Below are positions 1-10,531 of a stretch of DNA of 64,000 nt, piece after piece (within the stretch, counting starts at the first letter, position 1; the number at the start of each line of letters is the position of its first letter). The notes below the pieces were generated by a model. That model searched no databases and was not told the origin of the DNA. It saw only the letters and a list, made by a program, of their open reading frames with translations. The position numbers and the translations under genes were made by a program. The stretch is taken from contig WBUH01000002.1 of assembly GCA_008933805.1 (NCBI GenBank), positions 27,443 through 91,442 on the forward strand. The letters are read 5' to 3'. This DNA comes from Bacteroidota bacterium. GTDB lineage: Bacteria > Bacteroidota > Bacteroidia > UBA8524.

Positions 1-1189
1 CCGTTGCAAGTACGATACCTAATAGGGTTAACACGTTGATGGAGAACCCGAAAATGTACATGATAAAGAATGCCCCCAATAGTGATACGGGAATATCAAT
101 CAACGGGCGGATGGCTATCAGCCAGTTACGGAAAAACAGATAGATAATAATTACTACCAGCAGTATGGCAATCAGCAGGGTTTCCTCTACCTCAGCAATA
201 GAACGTTTTACAAATTTGGTGGTATCCAATACAATACCCACCTCAATGTCTTCGGGTATTTCTTTTTTCAGTTGCTCAAAGCGTTTGTAAAACTCATCCG
301 CAATAGCCACCTGATTAGAGCCGGGCTGGGGGATGATAGCCAAGGCCACCATCGGTACCCCCGATTCTTTCAAAATCGTTTCTTCGTTTTCAGGGCCAAG
401 TACCGCACGGCCTACATCGCGCAAACGCACGATACTGTTGGCATCGGTTTTAATAATAAGGTTGTTAAAATCCTCTTCGGTAACTAACAGGCCTGATGTT
501 TTAACAGTTAGTTCAGTGGCGTTACCTGCAATTTTACCGGATGGAAGCTCGATATTCTCGCGGTTTAAGGCTGACTGAATATCGTTTAGCGAAAGTTGTT
601 TGGCCGCCAATTTCATCGGGTCGAACCAAATACGCATGGCATATTTCTTTTCACCCCAAATCTGTATTCCACTCACACCGGGTATGGTTTGCAAGCGCTC
701 TTGCAACACGTTGGTGGCATAGTCGCACACTTCCAATTGGTTGCGGGTATCGCTTTTTACCGTCATGGATATGATTGCATCGCTGTTTGCATCGGCTTTT
801 GATACAATGGGCGGAGCATCAATATCTTCGGGCAATTGACGTTGTGCTTGCGATACTTTATCACGCACATCGTTGGCAGCAGCTTCTAAGTCTGAGTTCA
901 AATCAAACTCTACCGAAATAACGCTGGAACCTTGGTTGCTTGACGACGAAATGGTGCGTATACCTTCGATACCGTTAATTGCTTTTTCAAGCGGCTCGGT
1001 AATTTGTGACTCGATTACATCGGCATTAGCACCGGTATAAGCAGTACGGACGGTTATAATGGGAGGGTCGACCGAGGGATATTCCCTCACCCCCAAAAAA
1101 TTAAATCCTATCAACCCGAACAGCACAATAATGATAGACATTACTGTGGCAAGTATGGGCCTTTTTAAACTCAGTGATGATAAACTCAT
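1..1189 (-). CDS. RND (HAE1/AcrB-type) efflux permease, N-terminal part; gene continues beyond the window start
   Basis: Manual reverse-complement translation from the ATG at 1187-1189 gives MSLSSLSLKRPILATVMSIIIVLFGLIGFNFLGVREYPSVDPPIITVRTAYTGANADVIESQITEPLEKAINGIEG..., the typical AcrB N-terminus (TM1 plus periplasmic porter domain). It lies 10 nt downstream of the adaptor gene on the same strand. It is absent from the ORF track because it runs off the window. Confidence 0.85.
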   Translation of the reverse strand, partial: MSLSSLSLKRPILATVMSIIIVLFGLIGFNFLGVREYPSVDPPIITVRTAYTGANADVIESQITEPLEKAINGIEGIRTISSSSNQGSSVISVEFDLNSDLEAAANDVRDKVSQAQRQLPEDIDAPPIVSKADANSDAIISMTVKSDTRNQLEVCDYATNVLQERLQTIPGVSGIQIWGEKKYAMRIWFDPMKLAAKQLSLNDIQSALNRENIELPSGKIAGNATELTVKTSGLLVTEEDFNNLIIKTDANSIVRLRDVGRAVLGPENEETILKESGVPMVALAIIPQPGSNQVAIADEFYKRFEQLKKEIPEDIEVGIVLDTTKFVKRSIAEVEETLLIAILLVVIIIYLFFRNWLIAIRPLIDIPVSLLGAFFIMYIFGFSINVLTLLGIVLAT

Positions 1190-1199
1190 TACGCCCTCC

Positions 1200-2261
1200 T
1201 TATTTTACAATTTTGGCCACTTTTACATCACCGTTGGGTTTCAATTGCATTAGCCCTGTAGTAACAACGGTATCACCCACTTGTATGCCGCTTGTAATTT
1301 CCACCAGGTCAGCATCGCGCAGGCCTGTTTCTACGGGTACATAGGTTGCTTTACCGGCTTTTACCACAATTACCTGTTTGCCCCTTGCTATCGGCATAAT
1401 GGCTTGGGTAGGTACCATTACCGCATTTTGGTGGCTTGCAATGCCCAGGCTTACGTTGGCAAACATACCGGGCAATAACTTACCACTTGTGTTTTGGGTG
1501 CGGGCGCGCACTTTAATGTTGCGGGTGGCCACATCAATTTTGGGTTCTATGGCAAATACCGTTGCATCAAACGTATCTTTAAAACCATCGATGATAAACT
1601 GTAAACGGCTGTTGTTTTTTATTGATTGGGCATACTTTTCAGGGATTGCAAAATCAATTTTTAGCGTACTTAGTTGCTGCAATGTGGCAATAAGTGTTTG
1701 CGGGGTTACATAAGCCCCTTCGCTAATGTTACGCAAACCAATCTGCCCGCTAAAGGGGGCGCGTATTTCTGTTTTACGCAACTGGTTCTTTAATGCTTCG
1801 ATATCGGCGTCGTAGCTTTTTTGTTGGGTTTGTGCAGCATCGTATTCTTGTTTGCTCACCCCGTTAATCTTTAGCAACTCCGCCAGCCTGTCTACATTTT
1901 TCTGGGTAAGTGCTTGTTGTGCCTGTGCTTTTTTCAGTTGCGCCACAATATCCGCATCATCCAATTTCACCAAAAGTTGCCCTTTGGTTACGTTAGAACC
2001 TTCTTCAAAATAAAGGTTCACTACGCGCAATTGCAGTTCAGGACGTATTTCAACTTCCTCGTTTGCAAGCAAGGTTCCCGATGCGTTTACTGTGCTTGTG
2101 ATGTTTTGGGTGCGGGCAATAAATGCATTTATTGCAGTTGGCGGACGTTTGGCTCCTGCTGCCCCGGGGGCATTTTTGCCGTCGCTGCTTCCGCAACTTG
2201 TTGCTAATGTTAGTAGTAGTATATTGGTTATGGCCACTAGTAGAGCCTGTGTGTGCCTCAT
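1200..2261 (-). CDS. Efflux RND transporter periplasmic adaptor subunit (HlyD/MFP family), lipoprotein
   Basis: 353 aa. Lipobox LATSCG, then coiled-coil and beta-barrel regions typical of membrane fusion proteins (RPELQLRVVNLYFEEGSNVTKGQLL...LRKTEIRAPFSGQIG). Immediately upstream of the RND permease on the same strand. Confidence 0.9.
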   Translation of the reverse strand: MRHTQALLVAITNILLLTLATSCGSSDGKNAPGAAGAKRPPTAINAFIARTQNITSTVNASGTLLANEEVEIRPELQLRVVNLYFEEGSNVTKGQLLVKLDDADIVAQLKKAQAQQALTQKNVDRLAELLKINGVSKQEYDAAQTQQKSYDADIEALKNQLRKTEIRAPFSGQIGLRNISEGAYVTPQTLIATLQQLSTLKIDFAIPEKYAQSIKNNSRLQFIIDGFKDTFDATVFAIEPKIDVATRNIKVRARTQNTSGKLLPGMFANVSLGIASHQNAVMVPTQAIMPIARGKQVIVVKAGKATYVPVETGLRDADLVEITSGIQVGDTVVTTGLMQLKPNGDVKVAKIVK

Positions 2262-2522
2262 GTTTAGGGATTATTTTTAATGTTTAAACTTTAAATTAGG
2301 CGTGGAAAGACTACTTCTTGCCACACATACTATGCCTATTTTTATGTATTACGAAAGTTTAATGTGTTTTAAAAGGTAAAGTTAAGATTTTTAAGCAGGT
2401 AGCTTTTATAGTGTATTTGGCTATAATGCAATTGGTAGGCAAAACGGGCTATTTTTATCTAAATCACTACATTTTTACTCCAAAACCATTAGGTTTGAAA
2501 CTTTTGCAAAACACTACGCAGT

Positions 2523-4688
2523 ATGAGAAAATACAATTTGCTGATTGTTGCAGCCCTGCTTACTCTTAGCAGTATAGCCCAGAAAAAAATCACTCTTGAG
2601 GATATATTTCTGAATAACACCTTCAGAATGAATACCGTGTCGGGGTTTGTGCCTTCAGCGGATGGTGAGAACTACTATAATTACGAAGGGGATGACACCC
2701 TATTTGTAGTAAAATACTCGTACAAAACAGGGGTTAAAGTGCAAACGGTGTTTAATCCGTATGATTTGGGTTTGGGTCAGGATGCAGCTTCATACGGTTA
2801 TGAATTTAGCGGTGATGAAACCAAAATACTTATCAGCTTAGCTACAGAACATATCTACCGTCACAGTACCCGCAGCAAATACTACGTGTGGGACTTGAAG
2901 GAAAAGAAAGCATACCCCGTTGCGGCTGATAAGGTAATGTATGCAAGCTTTTCGCCCGATGGTAATAAGATAGCCTATGTAAAAGACAACAACCTTTACT
3001 ATACTGATTATAAAAGCGGCCAAACCCGCCAAATAACTACCGATGGGAAAGAAGATGCGATTATAAACGGTGGGGTTGATTGGGTGTACGAAGAAGAGTT
3101 TACGATGAGTAAAGGGTTTGATTGGAACGCCAACGGAACCAAAATAGCGTTTTACCGTTTTGACGAAAGTGCTGTAAAGAAGTTTAGCATGGATATGTAC
3201 GGCAGCCTTTACCCATCGCAAGATGTTTTTAAATACCCCAAAGCAGGTGAAGCAAACTCAGTAGTAGATGTAAAAATCTATGATTTAGCGACCAACAACA
3301 CTATTGATTTAGCCGAAGGCAGCCAAAACGACCAATACATTCCCCGCATTAAATGGACTACCGATGCTAATGTGTTATCGTTTCAGCGATTGAACCGCCA
3401 CCAGAATAAGTTTGAACTGTTGGCCGCAGATGCTACTACAGGCTCAATCAGAACGTTATACAGCGAAGAAAACAAGTATTATATAGACATCAACGATAAC
3501 CTTACGTTTTTGGCCGACGGTAAACAGTTTATCATTACCAGCGAAAAAGACGGTTACAACCATTTGTACCTGTATGGTATGGACGGAAAAGAAGTACGCC
3601 AACTAACCAAAGGAACTTGGGAGGTTGACGGCTTTTTGGGGTACGACACTAAAAAGAAATTGCTCTATTTCACTTCGACTGAAATTAGCCCGACTGAAAG
3701 GTATTTGTACAGCATAGGAATTGACGGTAAAAACAAAAAGCAAATAACCAAAAACAAAGGCTATCACATGATAACCTTTAACCCCACCTATACCTACTAT
3801 ATGGATATGGAGTCGGCGTTGGGTGTACCTTATACCCAAGCCATTTGGAATAATAAAGGTGAGCTTGTGCGTGAGTTAGCAAACAACAAAGACTTAGCCG
3901 CAAAAATGACGGAATACGGTTTTGCTCCCGCTGAGTTTGCAACGCTTACAACAAGCGAAAATGTTGAGCTAAACTATTGGATGATTAAGCCTGCCAACTT
4001 TGACCCTAATAAAAAGTACCCTTTGTTGATGTTTGTTTACGGCGGACCCGGTAGCCAGCAAACAGTAAACCGTTGGGGCGGCAGTAACTACCTGTGGTAT
4101 CAATACCTTGCGCAGCAAGGGTATGTTATTGCCTGCGTTGACAACCGCGGAACAGGCGCAAGGGGAGAAGAGTTTAAGAAAATGACTTACCAACAATTAG
4201 GTAAGTATGAAACGATTGACCAAATAGAGGCTGCTAAGTTTTTTGGTAAGCAAAACTTTATTGATGCCGGTCGCATTGGTATTTGGGGCTGGAGTTTTGG
4301 CGGTTATATGTCTTCATTGTGTATTAGTAAAGGAGCAGATGTGTTTAAAGCTGCCGTTGCAGTAGCACCGGTAACCAACTGGAGGTACTACGACAACATT
4401 TATACCGAGCGTTTTATGCGTACCCCTGCTGAAAACGGAGCAGGTTATGATGATAACTCTCCTATCAACCATGTGAAAAAGATAAAAGGTAATTACCTAA
4501 TTATACACGGTACAGCCGATGATAACGTTCATTTTCAGAACACGGTAGAAATGGTGAATGCCATGATAAACGCCGGAGTTAAGTTTGACAGTGAATTTTA
4601 TCCGAATAAAAATCACGGCATTGGAGGCAGAATGACCCGCTATCACCTATTCAGCCGCATCACTGCGTTTGTACTTGAAAAACTTTAA
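2523..4688 (+). CDS. S9B family serine peptidase, dipeptidyl-peptidase IV-like (N-terminal beta-propeller plus C-terminal alpha/beta hydrolase)
   Basis: 721 aa with a signal peptide. GWSFGGYMSS matches the catalytic Ser motif GxSxGG, with downstream catalytic D and H (HGTADDNVHFQN). Overall architecture is that of prolyl-oligopeptidase/DPP-IV. Confidence 0.88.
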   Translation: MRKYNLLIVAALLTLSSIAQKKITLEDIFLNNTFRMNTVSGFVPSADGENYYNYEGDDTLFVVKYSYKTGVKVQTVFNPYDLGLGQDAASYGYEFSGDETKILISLATEHIYRHSTRSKYYVWDLKEKKAYPVAADKVMYASFSPDGNKIAYVKDNNLYYTDYKSGQTRQITTDGKEDAIINGGVDWVYEEEFTMSKGFDWNANGTKIAFYRFDESAVKKFSMDMYGSLYPSQDVFKYPKAGEANSVVDVKIYDLATNNTIDLAEGSQNDQYIPRIKWTTDANVLSFQRLNRHQNKFELLAADATTGSIRTLYSEENKYYIDINDNLTFLADGKQFIITSEKDGYNHLYLYGMDGKEVRQLTKGTWEVDGFLGYDTKKKLLYFTSTEISPTERYLYSIGIDGKNKKQITKNKGYHMITFNPTYTYYMDMESALGVPYTQAIWNNKGELVRELANNKDLAAKMTEYGFAPAEFATLTTSENVELNYWMIKPANFDPNKKYPLLMFVYGGPGSQQTVNRWGGSNYLWYQYLAQQGYVIACVDNRGTGARGEEFKKMTYQQLGKYETIDQIEAAKFFGKQNFIDAGRIGIWGWSFGGYMSSLCISKGADVFKAAVAVAPVTNWRYYDNIYTERFMRTPAENGAGYDDNSPINHVKKIKGNYLIIHGTADDNVHFQNTVEMVNAMINAGVKFDSEFYPNKNHGIGGRMTRYHLFSRITAFVLEKL

Positions 4689-4748
4689 AAGTTTGCTTTT
4701 TATAATTTAACAGTTAGTTTTACGAAAATTTAATATCTGGAATACACA

Positions 4749-6641
4749 ATGAGCAACTCTTCATCCAAACATCCGGCAGGTTTATACCTGTTGTATTTCA
4801 CTGAAATGTGGGAGCGATTCAGCTATTATGGGATGCGTGCAATTTTTACCTTATACATGGTTAATGCACTGCTTTTTGATAAGGCTTTGGCTTCGCAGAT
4901 TTATGGTAGTTACACAGGTTTAGTATATCTAACTCCTTTATTGGGAGGATATATTGCCGATCGTTACTGGGGAAACCGCCGCTCGATAATTTTCGGGGGT
5001 GTGTTGATGGCCATCGGGCAGTTTTTTATGTTTACAAGCGGAGGGCTTTATGAAAATCCGGATACTGCCAAATTGGCCATGTACACAGGATTAGGCTTTC
5101 TGATATTTGGTAACGGTTTCTTTAAACCCAATATTTCTACAATGGTAGGTCAATTATACCCTGAGGGTGACCGTCGTGTAGATTCAGCGTTTACAATATT
5201 TTACCAAGGGATAAACTTAGGCGCCTTGCTTGCCCCACTGGTTTGCGGTGGTTTGGGTGAACAATATACAGAGACCGGCGCAGTTGTTCCTGAAGCCTTC
5301 AAATGGGGCTTCCTAGCTGCTTGTATTGGTATGATTATCAGTCTTGTGGCTTTTGTAATGCTTAAAAATAAGTACATCGTTTCTCCTGAAGGCCATGCAG
5401 TAGGATTGCCTCCTAAATTGGCTTTCAACAGGCAAAATGAAACCAAAGAAAGCGCAAAAATGAGTCCTGCTAAAATTGGTGCTGCTTTATTGGCATTGGT
5501 AGGTTTGTTCTTTGTATTTTATAAAGTATTAGAGTTTGATATCATTGGGGCTGTAATATTTTCAAGCTGCATTGTGCTTCCTGTATTTATTATCAGCGAC
5601 CCATCACTAACTAAGATAGAAAAAGACCGTATTCTGGTTATATACATTGTAGCTTTCTTTGTTATATTCTTTTGGAGCGCGTTTGAGCAAGCAGGGGCAT
5701 CACTAACCTTCTTTGCCCAAGAGCAAACCAACCGCGTCATATTCGGTTGGACAATGCCGGCCAGCTTCTTCCAAGTATTTAACGCCTTGTTCATTGTTGT
5801 ACTTGCACCCGTTGCAGTTGCTGTTTGGACTACATTAGGCAACAAGGGTAAAGAACCCGCCTCGCCTGTTAAACAATCAATGGGTTTAGGCTTTTTGGCT
5901 TTGGGCTATTTATTTATAGCTTGGGGTGTATACGGTGTTCAACCTTGGGATAAAGTAAGCATGATTTGGTTGGTGGGGTTATACCTTATACACACCATCG
6001 GCGAGCTTTGCCTTTCACCTATAGGCCTTTCAATGGTTGTAAAATTAGCTCCAATACGTTTTGTGTCGTTGCTAATGGGTGTTTGGTTTATGGGCATTGC
6101 AACTGCAAATAAATTTGCCGGTGAATTAAGTGCTTTGTATCCTGAAGAAGTTAAAATTGAAACTGTAGCGCAGGGAGCTGACAGCATTATAAAAACTGTA
6201 GGTTCACAAGCTATTGATACCGCTGTTTGGAGCTTATCTGCTAAAGAAAACACCAAACTGCCAACAGCTAAGTTTACATTAGACGAGAAAAAGGAAAATG
6301 TTTCTGCACTTGAGCTGACAAACGGAACCAAAGAGATTTCTGTATATCATCTTAAACTTATCCGTACTATTAATTCAAAGTTTGAAAAAGCTGTAGTTAG
6401 CGAAGACGGGAAGTTTTTAGTAGGGTATAAAAAAGATATTAAAAAGACCAAAGAAGGAGATGTAGCGGAAGAAAAACTTGAAGTTTGGAATTTGCAACCT
6501 GTGAAACCATCGTTTTTGGGTATGCAGATAAACACTCTCTTTGATTTCTTTATGATATTTGTTTACATGGCCGGTGCAGCTGCAATTATATTGTTTGCAA
6601 TTCGCAAAGTATTGTTGCGCATGATGCACGGCGTTCAATAA
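4749..6641 (+). CDS. POT/PTR2 family proton-dependent di/tripeptide permease (MFS)
   Basis: 630 aa. PTR2 signatures: LYFTEMWERFSYYGMRAIFTLYM, GGYIADRYWGNRRSIIFGG, FKPNISTMVGQLY. Polytopic membrane protein with a long extracytoplasmic insertion. Confidence 0.9.
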   Translation: MSNSSSKHPAGLYLLYFTEMWERFSYYGMRAIFTLYMVNALLFDKALASQIYGSYTGLVYLTPLLGGYIADRYWGNRRSIIFGGVLMAIGQFFMFTSGGLYENPDTAKLAMYTGLGFLIFGNGFFKPNISTMVGQLYPEGDRRVDSAFTIFYQGINLGALLAPLVCGGLGEQYTETGAVVPEAFKWGFLAACIGMIISLVAFVMLKNKYIVSPEGHAVGLPPKLAFNRQNETKESAKMSPAKIGAALLALVGLFFVFYKVLEFDIIGAVIFSSCIVLPVFIISDPSLTKIEKDRILVIYIVAFFVIFFWSAFEQAGASLTFFAQEQTNRVIFGWTMPASFFQVFNALFIVVLAPVAVAVWTTLGNKGKEPASPVKQSMGLGFLALGYLFIAWGVYGVQPWDKVSMIWLVGLYLIHTIGELCLSPIGLSMVVKLAPIRFVSLLMGVWFMGIATANKFAGELSALYPEEVKIETVAQGADSIIKTVGSQAIDTAVWSLSAKENTKLPTAKFTLDEKKENVSALELTNGTKEISVYHLKLIRTINSKFEKAVVSEDGKFLVGYKKDIKKTKEGDVAEEKLEVWNLQPVKPSFLGMQINTLFDFFMIFVYMAGAAAIILFAIRKVLLRMMHGVQ

Positions 6642-6661
6642 TTTAATAATGATTTTAAACC

Positions 6662-6690
6662 AAAGCCTTGCGACATGCGAGGCTTTTTTA
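6662..6690 (+). terminator. Rho-independent terminator after the first POT gene
   Basis: aaagccttgcg acat gcgaggcttt followed by tttatttt. Confidence 0.65.
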
Positions 6691-6698
6691 TTTTAACT

Positions 6699-8327
6699 AT
6701 GGAAAGAAAACACCCGGTAGCATTGCCATTCCTGTTTTTTACTGAAATGTGGGAACGGTTTGGTTATTATCTGATGATAGGCATCTTTACATTGTATCTT
6801 AAAGATGTAAAAGCAGGCTTTGCAATGACAGAAGCCGAAGCAGCAGACCTTTACGGAACTTTTATTGCCCTTGTTTTTTTAACTCCGTTTTTGGGCGGAC
6901 TTCTTGCCGACCGTTATTTTGGTTATCGTAAATCAATAATTGCAGGCGGAATAATGATGGGTGTTGGATATTGTATGATGGGAATACATAATTTGCCCAT
7001 GCTTTATCTATCAATGACGTTGGTGATTCTTGGTAATGGTTTTTTTAAACCCAATATCTCTACGTTACTAGGTAATGTGTATTCTACACCGGAGTTTAAG
7101 GATAAGAAAGACGATGGCTATAACATTTTTTACATGGGTATAAATGTTGGGGCCTTTATCTGTAACTTTTTTGGAGCAGCGTTATACATTATGCTGGGAT
7201 GGAGCTATGCGTTTATGGCAGCCGGGGTAGGTATGTTTATAGGCATTATTGTATTCTTGGTAGGTACAAAACACTATGCACATGCCGATGTAAAAAAAGG
7301 GGTAAAGGAAGGCGATATGCCGATGTCGAAACTAACTCTTGTGATATTACTGCCATCTATTGTTGCAGGTTTACTGGGCTGGTTTTTACCAGGAAGTATA
7401 TTCGGATCCGATTCAACAGATGCCTTTATCTTCTCATGCATACCCGTTATCTACTTTTTCGGAACATTGTACACCAAAGCTGCCGCAAATGAAAAGAAGC
7501 CAATAGCAGCATTACTTGCAATATTTACTGTTGTAATTCTTTTTTGGGCGGTATTTAAACAAAACGGTTCTGCACTAACAACATGGGCGGACAGATACAC
7601 CGACCGCGAATTGAGCGGTGCATCGCAAACTGCGTTTGAAACTATTAAAGGAGCCCAAACCATCACATACAGTAAAGACAGTGTTGCCTTATATGATGAT
7701 CAGTTTAGGATATCAAAAGAAAACGGGGTAGTGGTGAAAGAGTTTAACTACCCGCCATATTTTAAAAACATGGCCCCTGAAAAACTACCTCAAGAGGGAA
7801 GTAAGATAAGCGTGTGGGCAACCAACATCAGCCAGTCTATTAATCCGGGCTGGGTAATATTGTTGACACCTTTGGTGGTTGCGTTTTTTGCTTATTTGCG
7901 CCGTAAAAATAAAGAGCCTTCAACACCTACAAAAATTGCTTGGGGTCTCGTTATTTCTGCACTATCAACATTGGTAATGGTGGGTGCTGTGTATGCTTCA
8001 AACAACGGGGTTGAGAAAGCTTCAACGTGGTGGTTAATTGCATCGTATGGTGTAATCACCATAGGCGAGTTATTTCTAAGTCCCATGGGATTATCACTAG
8101 TTTCAAAAGTAAGTCCGCCCCATATTACTTCATTGATGATGGGAGGCTGGTTCCTTTCTACATCTATTGGAAACAAGCTTTCAGGTGTTTTGGCTTCGAT
8201 GTGGGATAAATACGAAGACAAGACTAACTTTTTCTTAGTAAATTTTGTTTTGTTAGGCTTTTCAGCAATACTAATGCTGATATTACTACGCTGGCTGAAG
8301 AAAGTTCTTTCAGAAAGGCTTAGTTAA
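6699..8327 (+). CDS. POT/PTR2 family peptide permease (second paralog)
   Basis: PTR2 motifs LFFTEMWERFGYYLMIGIFTLYL, GGLLADRYFGYRKSIIAGG, FKPNISTLLGNVY. The ORF-track start at 6675 lies inside the upstream terminator hairpin, so I place the start at the ATG at 6699 (MERKHPV...). Confidence 0.85.
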   Translation: MERKHPVALPFLFFTEMWERFGYYLMIGIFTLYLKDVKAGFAMTEAEAADLYGTFIALVFLTPFLGGLLADRYFGYRKSIIAGGIMMGVGYCMMGIHNLPMLYLSMTLVILGNGFFKPNISTLLGNVYSTPEFKDKKDDGYNIFYMGINVGAFICNFFGAALYIMLGWSYAFMAAGVGMFIGIIVFLVGTKHYAHADVKKGVKEGDMPMSKLTLVILLPSIVAGLLGWFLPGSIFGSDSTDAFIFSCIPVIYFFGTLYTKAAANEKKPIAALLAIFTVVILFWAVFKQNGSALTTWADRYTDRELSGASQTAFETIKGAQTITYSKDSVALYDDQFRISKENGVVVKEFNYPPYFKNMAPEKLPQEGSKISVWATNISQSINPGWVILLTPLVVAFFAYLRRKNKEPSTPTKIAWGLVISALSTLVMVGAVYASNNGVEKASTWWLIASYGVITIGELFLSPMGLSLVSKVSPPHITSLMMGGWFLSTSIGNKLSGVLASMWDKYEDKTNFFLVNFVLLGFSAILMLILLRWLKKVLSERLS

Positions 8328-8344
8328 TTAGAACAACATTCTGA

Positions 8345-8384
8345 ATAATAAGCAATTCGAACAAATCGAATTGCTTATTATTTT
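8345..8384 (+). terminator. Rho-independent terminator after the second POT gene
   Basis: aataataagcaattcga acaaa tcgaattgcttattatt is a 17-bp perfect stem followed by ttatat. Confidence 0.7.
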
Positions 8385-8440
8385 ATATGCGTTGTATAGT
8401 TCCATTTCACTATTTTTGATTGTTATATGTAATTGTTAAG

Positions 8441-10405
8441 ATGGAGGAAGAAAAAAACAATAAAGAGTTTAAGCCATACATAGCCGCTAAAGACTTTATT
8501 CCTGAGTTTACTCCCAAAGCTATCATATTAGGTGCTGTTTTCGGCATTATATTCGGGGCAGCAACTGTTTATCTGGGTCTTAAAGTAGGCTTAACGGTAA
8601 GTGCCTCCATTCCCATTGCAGTATTGGCAATTTCTATTTTCAAAAAAATTGGCAATGCCACCATTCTAGAAAGTAACATCGTACAAACTATAGGTTCTGC
8701 CGGAGAATCGGTAGCAGCCGGGGTGGTATTTACTATACCTGCCTTGTTGTTTCTTTCAGGCGGTATCGATTACTTTAACTACTTCACCATCTTTATTCTT
8801 GCCCTTTGCGGTGGTATTTTAGGGGTGTTGTTTATGGTGCCTTTGCGTCGTTCGTTGATTGTTAAAGAACACGGAAATCTACCTTATCCCGAAGGTACTG
8901 CTTGTGCCGACGTTTTAGTTGCGGGTGAAAAGGGCGGAAACCTTGCCAAAAAAGTGTATTACGGTTTAGGCGTAGCCTTTTTATACAAAGTATTAATGAC
9001 TGTTTTCGGGTTTTGGAAAGATGTACCCCAAATCGTATTCAGTCGCAAATCTGCACTTCCCAACGGGACGGTAAATGGTGAAATCACTCCTGAGTTGTTA
9101 GGAGTGGGATATATCATAGGTCCCAGCATTTCAGGGGTAATGGTTGCGGGCGGTGTATTATCGTGGTTAGTGCTAATCCCCTTAATTACATTTATCGGGG
9201 ATTACCTTACTGTGCCTTTGTTGCCTGAAAAAGTGAAACTAATAGCAGACATGAGTGCCGATGAGATATGGAGCAAATACATCCGTTACATTGGTGCCGG
9301 TGCAGTAACCTTTGGTGGTGTAATGACTTTGATAAAGACCCTTCCTACCATTGTATCTGCTTTTCGAGATTCATTTAAAGATTTAAAAAATCAAAAAAAT
9401 AACGCTGAGGCAAAAACCCGTACTGAAAAGGATATGCCTTTGATTTGGGTGGTTGCAGGCAGCTTGTTTCTTATCGTATTTATGGCAGTGATGCCGGGAT
9501 TACCTGTAAACTGGCTTTCATCAGTAATGATTGTTGTGTTCGGGTTCTTCTTTGTAACGGTGTCTTCACGTATTGTGGGGCTCATCGGTTCTTCATCTAA
9601 CCCTATATCGGGTATGACCATAGCTACACTGATGGCTACTGCGTTGATATTTGTAGGTATAGGATGGAGTGGTGATGCTTACCAACCCATTGCATTGGTG
9701 GTGGGTTCAATCGTTTGTATTGCATCGGCCAATGCGGGGGCTACCTCTCAGGATTTGAAAACAGGTTTTATTGTAGGAGCAACTCCTATAAAGCAGCAAC
9801 TTGGTTTACTTATTGGGGTGTTGGTATCCGTTGTTGCCATTGGGTTTACCCTAATGTTGTTAAACGATGCCATAGGTATTGGTGAACCTACTGCCGAGCA
9901 CGCCAAACCGCTTCCTGCTCCGCAAGCAACCCTTATGTCAACCGTTATCAAAGGACTTTTGAGTAATGATTTGCCTTGGGGACTTGTAATTATTGGCATG
10001 GGTATTTCAGCGGTGGTAGAGTTGTGCGGTATCAGTTCACTAGCATTTGCCGTGGGTGCATATTTGCCGCTTAGCAGCACCACGCCTATATTTATAGGTG
10101 GTATGGTTAAATGGCTTTCAGACAAGATAACCAAGCGCAAAGGCGAAGAAAGCGATATAGGTTCGGGCGCTTTGTTTAGCTCGGGGCTGATTGCCGGAGG
10201 TTCGCTTACTGGTATTTTGATAGCGTTTCTTACTGCAAAAACCATACAGGGTGCGGATGGTGAAGTGAGTTTGATGGTATGGCTGAACAGCGGGGTTGCA
10301 GAAGGTATGGGAACATATGCTGACCTTGTAGCAATGATTATGTTTTTGCTGCTGGGAGCCCTGTTACTGCGCTTTGCAATAATGAAAGAAAAACAAAACG
10401 GATAA
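8441..10405 (+). CDS. OPT superfamily oligopeptide transporter
   Basis: About 654 aa, polytopic. N-terminal FIPEFTPKAIILGAVFGIIFGAATVYLGLKVGLTVSASIP is characteristic of the OPT family. The track begins at a TTG at 8420; the ATG at 8441 (MEEEKNNK) is the more likely start. Confidence 0.82.
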   Translation: MEEEKNNKEFKPYIAAKDFIPEFTPKAIILGAVFGIIFGAATVYLGLKVGLTVSASIPIAVLAISIFKKIGNATILESNIVQTIGSAGESVAAGVVFTIPALLFLSGGIDYFNYFTIFILALCGGILGVLFMVPLRRSLIVKEHGNLPYPEGTACADVLVAGEKGGNLAKKVYYGLGVAFLYKVLMTVFGFWKDVPQIVFSRKSALPNGTVNGEITPELLGVGYIIGPSISGVMVAGGVLSWLVLIPLITFIGDYLTVPLLPEKVKLIADMSADEIWSKYIRYIGAGAVTFGGVMTLIKTLPTIVSAFRDSFKDLKNQKNNAEAKTRTEKDMPLIWVVAGSLFLIVFMAVMPGLPVNWLSSVMIVVFGFFFVTVSSRIVGLIGSSSNPISGMTIATLMATALIFVGIGWSGDAYQPIALVVGSIVCIASANAGATSQDLKTGFIVGATPIKQQLGLLIGVLVSVVAIGFTLMLLNDAIGIGEPTAEHAKPLPAPQATLMSTVIKGLLSNDLPWGLVIIGMGISAVVELCGISSLAFAVGAYLPLSSTTPIFIGGMVKWLSDKITKRKGEESDIGSGALFSSGLIAGGSLTGILIAFLTAKTIQGADGEVSLMVWLNSGVAEGMGTYADLVAMIMFLLLGALLLRFAIMKEKQNG

Positions 10406-10531
10406 TTTTACAACCTTTGATAATATTAAAGTCTAATACTTTAAGAATAAAAGGTATAATTTTGTGTAGCTAATATTAAGGAGTGTTATTTACTTTTAAC
10501 CGTCATAAGGTATAAAAGCTGACTTTGGCCT

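Noticed and set aside
6675-6698. Upstream ATG start for the second POT permease (MRGFFILT...).
   Set aside because: It sits inside the stem of the terminator hairpin of the preceding gene. The ATG at 6699, directly after the T-run, is the more plausible start.
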